A stretch of DNA of 64,000 nt from the human T2T-CHM13v2.0 reference genome, Homo sapiens. The stretch lies in the NCBI RefSeq assembly GCF_009914755.1, contig NC_060927.1. One strand, given 5' to 3'. Below the pieces are notes generated by a model, which saw nothing but the letters and a program-made list of their open reading frames with translations, was not told the origin of the DNA and did not search any database. A program made the translations under genes and the position numbers. This document shows, one piece after another, positions 30,262-48,498 of this stretch; the first letter of the stretch is position 1, and the number at the start of each line of letters is the position of its first letter.

Positions 30262-30490
30262 AGTAGTGCCCTGTGGTGGTTAAGAGCACAGACTCTGGAT
30301 CCAGACTGCCTGGGATCAGATGCTGATTCTTCTCCTTAGCTGTGAAAACTACTTATCCTTTCAGAGCCTTCATTTTGTCATCAGTAAAATGAGGACAAGA
30401 ACAATAGTGTCTTCCTTTTGGAGCTATTGTGAGAATTAAATGAGATAAATGTAAAGTGCCTCTCTCAGTGCCTGACGCAGACTAAGTATT
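30262..30490 (+). mobile_element. MIR SINE
   Basis: gtggttaagagcacagactctggatccagactgcctggg...gtgagaattaaatgagataa..gtaaagtgcc. Confidence 0.85.
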
Positions 30491-30933
30491 ATTTTTTAAA
30501 TTATTTCAACTTTTCTAGGGTTCATCTCAGAACTGCAGTGCAACACCCTCTCTTTTTTGTGGCCTTCAGAAGGACCCCCATGTCTCACGTTTGGGCTTAG
30601 ACCAGACTTTGACAAACAGTTGACTTAGATAACTAAGGTAACTTAGGTAGCAATGGCCACATGCATATGGGACATTTACCAGGGTTTTTGAATTTGTTCA
30701 ACCTCTCATTTTCCTCCAAGTGGGAAAAATGTGAGATAGTGATTAGGCATGTGTTGATGGGGGTGGGGGAAATAAGTAAGAGAGAGAAAAGAAGAAAAAC
30801 TCCACAATCAAAAAATGGCCTTATTCCTTAAATTGCTTTTAAATTAAAAACATTTAATATCAGCTTCAATTTTGAGGGGGACTTATTTAAAATGTAGGTC
30901 CAAATGCTTCTCTTTTTCCCAGCTGTCAGGAAA

Positions 30934-30934
<1 letters not shown>

Positions 30935-30978
<44 letters not shown>
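30935..30978. repeat. (TG)22 microsatellite
   Basis: Seen directly. Confidence 0.97.
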
Positions 30979-30981
<3 letters not shown>

Positions 30982-32030
30982 CTGGGTAAATGTTTCAATT
31001 TTTACTGACTTCCTTATAACGTTGGGTGGCCAGGATGCTCCTTGAAATTAAAGTTGGTCACATTGTTTAGGCTGTTCATGATTTGAAGATGCTATCTGAG
31101 ACTCTATTCTGGCTTTGGGGGTTAATAAAATAATTTTAGCTTGCTTTATCACATCTTAATAAAGTTACTGACTGTTGAGCCAGGCAGAAATATTAATGTA
31201 ATGAAAAAACAACTGTGCTACAGTATTTCTCAGTTGAAGCAGGGATTTTCCAATGCGAATAAGTGAAATAAACCATGCAGGTAGGTATAGAGGTGCCATT
31301 TTCTTAAAACTTTGTCTTAACGTTCATCTAGTCAGTGCCGCCTTTCTAATCACCTCCAAAAGGTAATAGGTAAAATGTAAAACGTGTAAATTAGGAAGAT
31401 ACAGCTACCATTACAACCAAAATCTATAGATACATGGACTGGAAACATAATAGATACATATGGTGGTGAGCTGGGGCTAAAGGTATAGGCATCAGGCCTC
31501 CAGGTGCAGAGATAGGCAACAGCAGCACTTCCCATTACTCAGGGAAGTGCAAGCTAAAATTGCTCCATACAAGGCAAGGCTCCAGATCCAGGGTCACCCA
31601 TGCAAGCCACAAGCTGGTCTGGGGTTTCCTTGCCTGAGAAACAAGGTGAGGAAGGAAAATCATTCCCCATCAATTCCAGGAATTATGTCTTACTTAATCT
31701 ACCTTCCCAGGGTGGGCAGAGGAAGCAGACAGAACTTCACAGCCAGGACCTGGACCAAGCCTGGGTAAATGGATATGCAGAGTCTCTAATATCATCACAA
31801 GGCAGCTGGATGTCCTGGGAGGATGAGCAGAGGCAGCAACAAACCAGTTAGTAGGAAGTAATGTACTTGAGGGATAGGGTGAGAGAGGGAGAAAAGAGAG
31901 AGAAGAGGGACATCACTTCGAGACAGGCTAAAAAATAAATTTGAAAACACCGAGGAAAATCAAATTCTAAGAAAAACAGCAATAAAATCAACAATCAAGA
32001 GATGAATTCATATCAGATAAAATGAAAATA

Positions 32031-32471
32031 CAGTTGACCCTTGAACATCATGGGGTTAGGTACACTGACCACCCCCCCCAGCCATGCAGTCAAAAATCCA
32101 CATATAACTTCTGGTTCTCCAAAAACCTACCTGCTAATAGCCAATGTTGACTGGAATCCTTATCAATAACATCAACAGTTGATAAACACATATTTCGTAT
32201 GTCATATGTATTATATACTATATTCTTACAATAAAATAAGCTGGAGAAAGAAAAATGCTATTAAAAATTATGAAGAAGAGAAAATATATTTACTATTCAT
32301 TAAGTGGAATTGGATCATCATAAATGTCATCATCGTTGTCATCTTCACTTTGAATAGGCTGAGAAGGAGGAGTAAAAGGAGGGGTTGGTCTTGCTGCATC
32401 AGGAGTGGTGGAGGCAGAAGAAAATAAGTGGACCTGAGCAGTTCAAACCTGTGTTGTTCGAGAGTCAACAG
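32031..32471. mobile_element. Tigger2a (MER28) non-autonomous Tc1/mariner element
   Basis: TIRs cagttgacccttgaaca and tgttgttcgagagtcaacag, TA on the left, ~440 bp. Confidence 0.85.
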
Positions 32472-32799
32472 CTACAGAGCAATCTGAACACTACATATGC
32501 TGAGAATTCTCAAGAGATGAATAAATAGCTGTGGAATGAGAAATTACTGAACAAAAGCAAACAGAAGTGAGACCAGGTAAATATGCTAAGAACCAAATAG
32601 AAATCTTAGAAATTGAAAAATAAGGTCATTGAAATAAAAGTCCTATGGACAAGACAAACTCTAATTTTATACTAAGCACTTGGAAAATTAGTCCTAAAGG
32701 GTGAATCCAGAATATAGCACAGAAAGAGGGAAGGATAAAACATACACACAAAAACAGGGTAGTTTGACAGTCTTTAGCAAACATCTAAAAGGAGTTCCA

Positions 32800-33094
32800 G
32801 GCCAGGCACAGAGGCTCCTGCTTGTAATTCTGGTATTTTGGGAGGCAAAAGTGGGATGATTTCTTGATGCCAGGAGTTCGAGACCGGCCTGGGAAACATA
32901 GCAAGACTTTGTCTCCACAAAAAGGAGGAAAAAATAGCTAGGCATGATGATTCACCTACGTACTTACTCAGGAAGCTGAGGCAAGGGGATTCCTTGAGCC
33001 CAGGAGTTCGAGACTGCAGTGTGTGTTATCACACCACTGAACTCCATCCTGAGTGACAGAGCAAGACCCTGTCTCTGAAAAATAAATAAATAAG
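32800..33094 (+). mobile_element. AluJ element
   Basis: TSD taaaaggagt(t)cca. Confidence 0.9.
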
Positions 33095-34199
33095 TAAAAG
33101 GAGTCCAAGAAGTGAGTTAGAAAAATGCAGCAAATTAATATTCTAAGAAAATGCTTAGAATTTTCTAGAATTAAAGAAAGACATAAGTCCCTGAATTCAT
33201 AGTATGTACTAAAAATTATGCAGGATAAAAATAAATCCATATGTAGACACATTTGATGAAAACTGCAGAACATTAAGGATGAAGGAATTAAAAAAAATTT
33301 CAGAGAAAGAAAATAAAAATCATGCAAAATAACTATAATGAGCTTGACAATCAGTTTCTCAACAGTAAAAATATTAATAAATTTCAGGAAACAACAGATT
33401 AATGTCCTTAAGGTACTGAGGAAAACTAAATGCCAATTTAGAATTGTGCCCCTAGCTAGGCCCCTGATCCTGATGAGGGTCTCTAGGAAAATATCAAGCC
33501 ACTCATCCTTTCCCCAGCCCACATCAGGCTAACTGTCCAAAGATTTACTAGTGGTCTGGGAACTCAATCATTTAAATCCAAGAAAAGGATGACAAGACAT
33601 CTCTCTCTGCCTAAACCCAGGGCAGTAGAACCATCTTACATACCATTGTTTGGCAACCAGGGGGAAGAAATTATTATGGTTCTGGGGCCAAAAGGACTGG
33701 AGGGGAACAGAGGACTTCTCAAACTCAGCGACCTTCTGAACTCAAATAACCAAACTTGGAATCCACCAGTAAAATTAAATCTGGCAATCTTTCTAGGACT
33801 TTCTTCACTTCAAGTTATTCTCACATAACTTCTCTTCAAACTTTCGTCATTGCTATGTCTGATCTATAGGAATAATAGTGGGACAAGAGGATAATTAACT
33901 TTCTTCACTGAAACCCTTTGAGACTACCCTCTGTTTCTTGCTGGAACCTGGCAGATCCTCCTCCAAACCAACGGAAAGTTAGGAGTGTTCTGTGACAAAG
34001 AGGAATGCCTGGAACCAGGATTGAATACCACCAGCAGTTTGTCTGTCTCTGTCTCTGCCTCTTACATCTCACTCTAGATCTGTTTTTGACACTAGGCCAG
34101 AGACACAGGGACATGGATAGCACACGAATAGAGCATTTGAAACAAGATCCCCTTGGCCTGTCTAGTTTCAGCACTGCAGTGGAGGACAGTTCCCTGCTG

Positions 34200-34903
34200 T
34201 GACCTGCTTCCACACAAAACCTCAGGCTTTCACATCAGAGGCAGGAGATTACTTAGCCAGGTGCAGGCACATCCCAGAAGTACAAGGGAGTTACCACTCC
34301 CAATCCTCAGTCAATAGTTGACGAGATCGTGTCCCTGGTCCTCTTTTGGGGAGAAAATTGGAGGCACATTTTACATAGTTCCTCAGAGGGTATGCAATGG
34401 ATTGAGCCCCAGTTGCCCAGAAGTTCACTAATGCCACCTGTCTTAGTCCATTTTGTGCTGCTATAACAGAATACCTGGGACTGAGTTATTTATTTACAAA
34501 AACCCAGAAATTTATTTCTTACAGTCCAAGATCAAGACACCAGCATCTGATTAGGGCCTTCTTGCTGTGTCCTTAGATGGCACAAGGCAGAAGAGGGGAA
34601 GCAGGAAGAACTCCCATCATCAAGCTCCTTTATAAAGACCCCTAATCCCATTCATGAGGGAGGGGCCTTCATGGCCTAATCACCTCTTAAAGGCACTGCC
34701 TCTTAATACTATCATGTCACTGGCAACACCTGAATTTTGGAGGGGACACATTCAAACCATAGCACCATTTGTTGGCTTGTCTCCTTTACCTGTCTTACTT
34801 TCCCTTTTTCCTTACATCTGTCTCCTGGGATCACCTCACAAATAAACCTCCTCACTCAAATTCTTGTTTGAGAGTCTGCTTTTGGTAAAACCTAAACCAG
34901 ACA
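34200..34903 (+). mobile_element. ERVL LTR33/LTR16-like LTR, split by an MST
   Basis: 3' end ctgggatcacctcacaaataaacc..ctcaaattcttgtttgagagtctgctttt..cctaaaccagaca. 5' boundary approximate. Confidence 0.55.
34439..34764 (-). mobile_element. MSTC/MSTD-like solo LTR
   Basis: tgtcttagtccattttgtgctgctataacagaatacc...ggggacacattcaaaccatagca. TSD ccacc/ccatt. Confidence 0.82.
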
Positions 34904-35079
34904 GAAAAGCTTTCATCTTTCTAGTACAGCATATGGTATGTCATCTTCTGAGAATAAGGGAGAAAGGTCACAGTAGGATGACTCAAGGGAGGTGAGAAAC
35001 ATCAGTGGGGTGGTCATGAAGGGGTCGGTTAAGACTGGAATTCATCCTCTTGAGGAGAGTCTAGCTACGACTGTGTCCA

Positions 35080-35430
35080 CATGGCCCAGGCCAGGAGAGA
35101 GCAGGAGGTGGTTGAAGGATGGGAAGACACGTGATGGGAAGGACCTCCAGACACTGCTTCAGGCTGTGGGTTGAGTTTAATTTTCTACATGTCACTTATT
35201 TTGGGACCCAGGCTGGATGGGAGGTAGCTTCCTGGGGAATGCTGTTCTGATGACAGATGGCAGAAGCCGAAGAAAGCAAACCAAACCATGCAAGTACATT
35301 TAATGCCTTTGGTTGAATGGGCATATGGTACCCCTACTCACATTCCAAGTCACAGATCAAACCCAAAACCAGTGGAGCAAGGGTGTATACATGTGTACAT
35401 GGCCAACAAGAGAGCCTTGGCAAGGACAAC
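35080..35430 (-). mobile_element. Old MLT1 (K/L-like) LTR fragment
   Basis: ttttgggacccaggctg..ctggggaatgctgttctgatg..ccaaaccatgcaagtacattta..ctactcacattcca. Confidence 0.55.
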
Positions 35431-36040
35431 AAAGGATGAGGAACAAGTAACACCATCTTTCTGTCCAGCCTACAAAAGGCATGCAGCTGGCTTCTCCCTT
35501 TTTCCATAAAGGCACAGGGACACCAAGTGTTGCTCTCTGATGACTGACCGTATCAGCCACATCCCAGCCCCCAAAAAGTCACTTAACACCCAGTTTCCCA
35601 TGAGTCACTCAAAAATGAATTCCTGAAGTGGTCTTTAAATCTGTGTTCTCACATCCTGTTCCAACCAAGCCTAAACTATGTGCTTCTCTACTTGGCAGTA
35701 AGGATCTAAAATAAGGCAGAGGGAATGACATCAGGGTGTAGGGTTTCCTTCTCTTCTGCTTTTCTTTGAGTTTAATAATTTTGCAGAAGGTATGTCTCCT
35801 CCTTTTGGTATGAGGTTAGAACTGGTTGAATGCTCCCTGACACTATGGAGTCACTGGGCTCCCATGAAGGGTCCTGATGGGAGTGGAACCCAGATGGGGG
35901 ATGTGGCAAAATACTTTATTCATGACAAAGAATGGTGTCTACATCACCAGATTATTGTGGTGTGCGTGTGAGTAGGTGGGGACACACACATGCACACACT
36001 GTTCTTTTTCCCTTTCTTCTCCCATTATTGCCTCAGTAGT

Positions 36041-36436
36041 TGGTAAGTTTTGGATCTGTGTTCCCACTCAAATCTCATGCCAAATTGTAATTCCCAGGGT
36101 TGGAGGTGGGGCCTGATGGGAGGTGATTGGATTAGGGGAGGTCTCTAACGGTTTAGCATCATCTCCCAGTGCTGTTCTTGTGATAGAGTTCTCATGAGAT
36201 CTGGTTGTTTAAAACTATATAACACCTACTTGCTCTCTCTCTTCCTCCTGCTCCAGCCATGTAAGACATGCTTGTTTTTCCTTCACCTTCCGCCATGATT
36301 GAAAGTTTCCTGAGGCTTCCCCGGAAGCCCCTATGCTTCCTGTACAGCCTGCAGAACCATGAGCCAATTAAACCTCTTTTCTTTATAAAGTACCCAGTCT
36401 CAGGTGTTTATAGCAATGGGAGAATGGACTAACACA
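36041..36436 (+). mobile_element. MSTA/MSTB solo LTR
   Basis: ttttggatctgtgttcccactcaaatctcatg...cagcctgcagaaccatgagccaattaaacctc...ggactaacaca. TSD gtagt/gtgat. Confidence 0.88.
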
Positions 36437-37492
36437 GTGATACTAACAAGGAGGTAGGCTGGCTGTGCCTCAGAGTCAGGAGAAATGGGATGCAATTGTG
36501 CATGGACTTGAGAAAAGCATTTGATAAAAACACAATTCTTAGCATAGCACAGAGATGTACAATGTGTATTAATTAACATTTTAGGAGTTGTGGATATTAA
36601 CTTTCATTGATATATAGTATATGTTTCATAATACTAATGCAGTCTGTTAAAAATGAGGTTTCAACAACGGTTTCAGGTTTTCAGGAAAGAAAGGAATTAT
36701 GGAAACTTTTTCTGGTGTGTCTTCCTGCAAAAGTAGGTCTCATTACTTCCACTGACCTTGAGAGAACAGATTTGGCGAGATCAGAATACTTGCCAAAGGC
36801 CACACAGTAAAATGGCAGACTGGGGACCAGGGAGGTGTGACGTTCAATGGTAAAAGAAAGGCCCAGCATAAGCTAGACCTGTTTTTGAGTCACAGGGAAT
36901 TTTAGCTAGTGTCCCTGTGAATCAGAAGCAGGTCTAGCATGTCTCCTCTTTCTCTTGGATAGAATAGTACTAAGAAAGGAAGAAGGATAAAGAATCTCAA
37001 GTTGTGGACTTTTAGAGAGACCAAACCTCAAACTTATCACAGAAAGTGATTATGTAATAGGTTCCACCATTCTGTCATGAGTATCTGTTATCATATATCT
37101 AAGTCTCACAGGTCAAGGCAAGAATGGTGATATTTTATTCATCAGTACTTCCCTCACCCTCAGAGTGGTTTTCTGTTCTGTGAAGGTCAAGGTTTCTCTC
37201 CACTCTGAAGAAATTAAAAGCTGCCATCGTGATTTTCCTGTGAATGGGGAGGGCAGGCCCATGGCCTTTCCTCCTGCTGCAGAAGGAAGATAGCAGAGGC
37301 AGAGGCAGGGCATTCGCCTTTCCACCAAAGCTGAATCTTTTTCCTCCAGATGAATGAGAACTATGGGAGTTCACAAGAGAGAAAAGCTCTGTGACCCTCC
37401 AGGTGGCAGGAAGTGGAAGAGGGGTTTTTTCTTCAGACAACAGTCTTTCTGATCGGGCATGCCAGCTCTTCCTGTTCCTCTTTTTAGTGGAC

Positions 37493-38010
37493 TGTGACAG
37501 CTTCCCAGCATGCTCTTCTGTCCTTGTTCTGCCAATATAACTCTTCTTCACTTTGGGAAAACCAGTCCATATGGTTTGGATGGGCCTATAATTCTCCTCC
37601 TCCCTACCCTCTCAGTCCTAGTCACAGGATGAACAGTGACCACTGATGTTGCCAATCAGAGCACCTCATTCTCTTGGTTGCAGTGATTGGTCCACAAATG
37701 AGCACTTAATCCAAGCAGAAACAATCAAAGTTCTTCCACAAGATTTGTTATATTAACAATGAGGCAGCTGCCTCTGTCTTTATCTTGGATAAAGTAAGAT
37801 GAGTGAGTCTGCTTTATAATGCAGCCAGCACAGAGGATTGAGAGGGGTGAGAGAAAAGGAAAGGGACAGAAGTTGGACAGCATCCTTTAACACCTGAATC
37901 CATCTATGCCTGAATGGAGACCAATTACTGGATTTCCTGCCTATAGTAGTCAATAAATTCTAATTCTGTGCAAGCTCATTTGAGCCACGTTCATGTTACA
38001 TTCAATTACA
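37493..38010 (+). mobile_element. Old MLT1 (K/L-like) LTR
   Basis: gccaatcagagcac..cagtgattggtcca..cctgaatccatctatgcctgaa..gtcaataaattc. Confidence 0.55.
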
Positions 38011-38824
38011 TTTGAACCTTGACTTCTATAAATTCTGTACTGTATTTATCCAGGTGAATGGTGGAAGAAATCTTTTTTTCTTGGGGTGGGAAGGATATTT
38101 GTGACTAGAATCAAAGATTCACACTCCTCCTTGGAAAAGGAAATGTGCATACATTGTGTTGATTATCGTCTTTTCCTGCCATCTTCTGCCTTGTGCTGGA
38201 GCTAAATGCAATTTGAGCCTTCAGTCTGGAAGGCTCTGGAGTTGTAAAATGCTCAAGGTTTTCACAGTCTCTCTCCACTGCTTCCCCATGCTGATGGAGA
38301 GAGAGTTTTAGATCTCTTCCCCTTAACACACAGCTGGGATGCTGCTGGGAAGGAAACAGTTCGTGAACCCCATTTCATCTCAGCAAACATTTAGAATGCG
38401 TAAGACTTAGCTGTGGCCTTGAGAATGTCTTGGTGAGGGTGGGGGGATGATCATCCATATGCATGATGTTGAATGTCCTCTTCAGAATATTCACCTATGA
38501 AATGTCCCTTGTACTGAGCCAGGTCTGCCTCTCCAATGTCACAGGGTGGCCCACACACAGCTGAACTGCAAGCGTGGTGCTCTCTGGCAGGAACAAACTG
38601 CAATCTACTTGATTTCTCTGAGCCCCATTGACAGTGAAGTGGCTACATGATTACAAGGAACTAAGGCTGATTTACAAAGTAGGGCTTGTGCAAAGATGTT
38701 ACTACTGTGCTTTCAAGCTCTGAGGACTAGGGAGACAAACTATTGGCTTTACAAATTAGTAATACAAGCCTTCTGAAATTAGGCCAGGTCTGAAATAAGT
38801 TGAATTAAGAGCTAATAAGGATTT

Positions 38825-39050
38825 TTAAAACAATCATACCTTCATTAACATATAATTAAAGTACAATAAACTACACATACTTAGAATGTACATCTGTCTA
38901 CACCCTTGAAGCCATCATCACAATCAAGGTAACAAATATTTCCATCTCCCCTCAAAGTTTTCTGGTGCCCCTTCCTTCCTTTAACCCCCTCCCCATGCAA
39001 CCCCTGATCTCTTTTCCATTACTTTTGATTAGTTTCCATTTCTTAGAATT
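38825..39050 (-). mobile_element. L1MC/ME 3' end fragment
   Basis: tacaataaactacacatac..ccatcatcacaatcaaggtaacaaatatttccatctcccctcaaagttttctggtgccc. Confidence 0.65.
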
Positions 39051-39675
39051 GCTAATAACAATGTCAGAGTAAGTTTAAAACAGTGTCTAGGCAGGACCGG
39101 GCTGCCTCCTCTGAACAGGTGGGGAAAGCTCCCCTGAATTTGTCCAGTTGAGGGCAGAGGCACTCTCTGCCCCGCTCTAAATTCCTAGTTTTCCTCTCAC
39201 TGTCCCTTGAGAAACAAGCCATATGCTAGCTGGGGTGGTGGTGTGTGATATGGAAACTTTGCAATAGGAGCTAGCGAGGAAGAGCCAAGCATATTAGGGG
39301 GATGGAGTGGAAGATGAGAGGAATAACTTGAAAGGAGGGTGAGAGGTAGACAGGGACTGATCCTGGGCACTACACCTTTGTCAAGGTTAAAATCAAAGAA
39401 ATGAAATTTAAACTCAAGCACAAGGAATGTAGGAGGATTGCCTTTAAATGCCAATGTCTCTAAACAATGAAGCAAATTGGTAGCAGAAATGGTGAAGTTG
39501 CTCCTTGTGGCATTCCATTTTATTTTAAAAAGATATATTCTTATCTTTATGACTCCAAGTAGCCATGGTCCAGTCTAAAGGCAGAGGAATGGACTAAAGA
39601 TATTCTAAAATCTCATCCAGTTCTGACTGTCATAAAGGTTAAGGTGTTTTACATAAACAAACTTTAAGAGTAGCT

Positions 39676-39992
<317 letters not shown>

Positions 39993-39995
39993 TTA

Positions 39996-40075
39996 TTTAT
40001 TTAATTTATTTATGAGACGGTCTTGCTCTGTCGCCCAGATTGGAGTGCTATGGCACGATCTCAGCTCACTGCAAC
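39996..40075 (-). mobile_element. Severely 5'-truncated Alu (3' end of the right arm only)
   Basis: tgagacggtcttgctctgtcgcccag...cactgcaac with a (TTTA)n tail. 15-bp TSD ttgagtgaa(t/c)attta. Confidence 0.88.
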
Positions 40076-41464
40076 TTGAGTGAACATTTAAAAGTGCCTG
40101 AACTTAACTTGACAAGGTCCATTTTGAGACTGTGAGTGGTAAAGCCTTTGTGTCAAGATCAGCAGTGATGTGGGACACGGGTCTGTTCTGCATGCCAGCT
40201 GCAGTGTGCACACTCTGCTGCTGTCCTGGGACTAGAGATGGGGCAAACATGACCCACCATTGCCATTAATAAACGTAATTTATTACCAATGCCTTTGAAA
40301 CATAATTTTAGGCTCAATAAGTAGCATCATTAAAACTGTAAGAAGGTATCATTAAAACTGATATTATTTACATGTACAAATAAATCATGCTCAAACTTCC
40401 CCCATATATTCTCTCTCAAGCAATAAAAAAATTGATGGATACAATTCTATTGTTGAACAAATATCAACTCTGATATCTTGGCTCTCTTCAATGTTTCAGG
40501 GCTACAGGTGGTCACTGTTTGCTATCTGAAATATCATTTTGTTTATCTTTTATAAAGCCACATTGCAATTACATTAGAAATTAATGTCAAATGAATTGGT
40601 AATCAATTCTTGAGTGCCTCCTCATCTGGGGAGGCGGTGGAGTACTGGGGGAAGTACCCTGAAGTCATTAAAGGTGGAAAATTCTCCCCTTTGTGGTTTT
40701 CCTCACTTTGTGGTGTCAGTGTCTGTGTGCTTGCTTGCTTCTCGAACTGATCCCCAAGGCAGAGGCCATGCCATATTTGTCTTTAAATACTTAGTAGCTA
40801 ACCCACTGTTAACACATAGCAAGAGCTAAATGAATGTTTATTGAATAAAGGAATGAATGAACCAGAGTTGCTACTGTCAAATATTCATATTTTTTCTAGC
40901 TTTTTCATAAAATAGATAAGTGTTTAAAATATTCATGAATAGATTCCCCCCATGGGTTCCTTATTTCCTTAAAGTATGATTCCATGAATTTGATTTTTGA
41001 ATTAAGGAATATATATTTTATCTTTTTAATGTATTTAATATTGCTTTTAAAGCTGATTTTAAAGTCAATTTATAATTGGAACATCATCAATAATGGGACA
41101 ACGATTATTATAATACATAGACTTTATGTGTCTCCTAATATAATGCAGTTTGAAATACATAGTGCTATGACATATTTTTTCCCAACATTTTAACCTTAAT
41201 TTAGAAATAACTTTTAGTCTCAGAAGATGAGTTGTTCTATAAGACATCTGTCTGGTCAGGTCTCTTCAATTGGTCAGTGTCATGAAACAATAAAAAGGGG
41301 GGAAAGGGAGGATATTCTAGATGAAAAGAGATTTGAAAGACACAACAACAAAGGCAATCTGTGGACCTTGATTGGGTGTTTGTTCAAACCAATTAGCTAA
41401 AAAGTCATTTGGAGAACAATTGGGAACATATAAATATAAAATGAATATTAGATAATATAAAGGA

Positions 41465-44574
<3,110 letters not shown>

Positions 44575-45466
44575 TGATTGTGAAATTTCAATTAGCACAT
44601 TATTCTGCCAAGTGAAAAAGAGTCTCATTATGATACGGAGTCTTGTGCTGACATCTTGGGAAAAGCTGCCCACAGCATGAAGTTGTCAACTTCTTTTCCT
44701 AGTTTGCAGTCTGAATGTTTCTGATTATGGCATAGGGTGGCTTGTTGAACTTTCAGAGTGGCCTATACATCAGGCATGAGACTTGTTTCTTAAAATTATC
44801 TAGTTTCTTCTTGTAGGGCTTCAGGAATAAAACAGTTACCATTTTTTATAATTTTATAGAAGCTGGATTGAAGAAACCTAGAAGAATTTAGAATCTAGTC
44901 TAGTCTACAGTTACATAACAAGTACTCAAAATAATGCATAGGACTACAATCTAATAACAAGTATATTATAGTTTTCCTTGGAAATATAACTTTTTCTGTC
45001 TATATTGATCACGTAAGAATCTCATATTTGAAATCTTGAGGCTAAGAAGCTAAACCAAAGCAGACTTTAGATTTTACTTCCAGTCTTAAGGTTCCTGAGC
45101 CTGCCAGGAAATGACAATTTTTACTTACTCTCTGTAAGACTGGGAACCTTTGAAACCAGGCATTCTGTGCACATTCTCAAATGTAATATTCCAGTCAGAG
45201 CCTTGGTAATATAACCAATGTTTCCAGTTGTATGCTGTTATAAAGAGAGCAAATTTTTATTGAACTTATGCAAATAACTATATTGCCTATACCACACACA
45301 AATATATAACTATATTATGCAAATAGCTAAATGAATATTCACAGATAGTTTCCACATTTTGGAGAATTCAAGTAGGGAGAAAGAAGTAAATGCTTCCACC
45401 TTTGTTCACAAAAATATACTTTACCAAATTTCTTTAAACTACAGACAGCTTAAGACAGAATTTATT

Positions 45467-45860
<394 letters not shown>

Positions 45861-46057
45861 TAAGTGAAGAACCAATAATGTTTCAAATATAAGTTATAAA
45901 AACATTATCTTCATCAGTTATTTAATCTCATGTAATTAATTTTTGTTCTGCTTGACATGATTTGTTGTCTCACAAATTCATCAGTTTCTTCTTAGAGTTC
46001 TGAATTTTTTTATTTAGTCAATTGTTCTTAAAGTTATTTAAAAAAGAAAAAATCTCT

Positions 46058-46377
<320 letters not shown>

Positions 46378-46879
46378 TTAAGAGTAATTGTTAGAGTCTT
46401 TTTCACAAATCTGATTGCAAATACTGTTAGAGAAAAATCAAAACAGTAGCTATGGATGACAAAAACTTAGAAGAACCATGGTTAAAAATCTGATAGAAGT
46501 TCATTATAATCAGCAATTGATAAGGAAATTGATTATTTCTGTGGCATATAACATAATAACAAGCATTATGACTGATGATATATTGGATTTTAAGAGTTTT
46601 ATACACTTTGGAACATTCATATCAGTAACACATAGATGCAACTGAGAGAAGATCTAGCATCATTTATTTGACAATGCTTCCCATGTAACTCACCAAATAA
46701 GGCTAATCATTTAATATCTCTAAAGATGAGAGATACATCCTTTGATGCTCTCCAGGGATCTGGCTGTAATATCCCAAAGTTGATTATAGGTCAAAAAGAC
46801 TTAATTTAGAATTTTGATAATGGAGAGGCCTGTTAAAGATGACAAAATGTTTAAAACCCTTGATTAAGACAGGATAACA

Positions 46880-47177
46880 GGCTGAATACAGTGGCTCATG
46901 CCTGTAGTTTTAGCACTCTGGGAGGCCACGGCAGGCAGATCACTTGAGCCCAGGAGTTTGAGACAAGCCTGTGCAACATAGTGAGACCCTGTCAGTATAA
47001 AAAATACAAAAATTATCTGGGCATGGTGGTGTGCCCCTGTAGTCCCAGCTATTTAGGAGGCTGAGGTGGGAGAATCACCTGAGCCCAGGAGGTCAAGGTT
47101 GCAGTGAGCCATGATGGCACCACTGCACTTCAGCCTGGGTGACAGAGTGAGACCCTGTCTCAGGGAAAAAAAAAAAA
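46880..47177 (+). mobile_element. AluJ element
   Basis: 14-bp TSD aagacaggataaca at 46866-46879 and 47178-47191. Confidence 0.93.
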
Positions 47178-48125
47178 AAGACAGGATAACAGGTCACTGT
47201 TAATTAAATAATAAAATTAAATAATAGTAATTCATTTAACCAGAGTGATAATCAGAATTCAAACACAATATAGAAACTTACACTGATGTAAAAGAAAAAA
47301 ATGCTTTAACCCTTTCAAAGCCCGGTTTTCCCAAGTAATCAGAAAACCTAATAAAGACAACACAGGAAAGTGTCTTCATAAAACACAAATATTTTGTTCT
47401 CAGGCTAGTTACCAAAAAGATAAAGAAAAACCTCCTTCATTGTGATTACGTCTCCTCATAGGAAGCCCATTCAGATACCTGGATGTTGAACCTGATGAAA
47501 AGGTACTTGCATTTTGTCAGACATTTTAAGAGTGTGGGCCCAAAGGTTATGAGCATGCATCATATTATAGAGAAATGTAAAAAGAAAACTAGTGCCTTGT
47601 ACAGGGAAATGCATGGCTCTTAGAAAAAGTATGAGATGTCTCCTTGTTACGTGGAGCAATTAAGACACATCAAGAAATTGTTATGCAGGAGGAAAACATT
47701 GCTTTCCCAGGCCTTCAAAATAGACCATTTCAGTGTCAGGTCGTAACAGCAGAGTTAGTACTGAAGAAAAAAGTTACAGGAGCAGACAAGAAAGTTAAAA
47801 GAGTTATCACCCCAGCCAAACCAGAAGATGTGTGTGTGTGTGACCTGCAAATCATGTGCAGCAAAATACAGCAAAAGTTGAATTTCTGAGACATGAATTT
47901 GAGAAGCCTTAAGAGCCTTAGAGAATTTCTCTACCTTGAGAAATTAAATAACCACTCTAAACAAAGAAGATGGCATTTCCAACCTGAAACTAGGAAAATT
48001 AAATGCATCTCAGAAAGAAACTTAGCAGAAATAGAAACTGTAAAACAGGAAGAAGCTGCAGTTTGTAATACACCTGTTAAACAGATTTCAGAATTAAAAA
48101 TCAAAACTTCTTGCAGCGTTACTAA

Positions 48126-48498
<373 letters not shown>

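Larger units (their letters stand above)
31930..33460 (+). mobile_element. Old L1M ORF1-region fragments interrupted by Tigger2a and an AluJ
   Basis: agaaccaaatagaaatcttagaaattgaaaaa, ctagaattaaagaaagaca..gtagacacattt..gaaaactgcagaac and gccaatttagaatt are L1M ORF1 hallmarks. Confidence 0.6.

Noticed and set aside
32968-33522. 184-aa hydrophobic ORF resembling a membrane protein
   Set aside because: It is the T-rich antisense frame of an A-rich L1M fragment plus an Alu. The hydrophobicity is a composition artefact.
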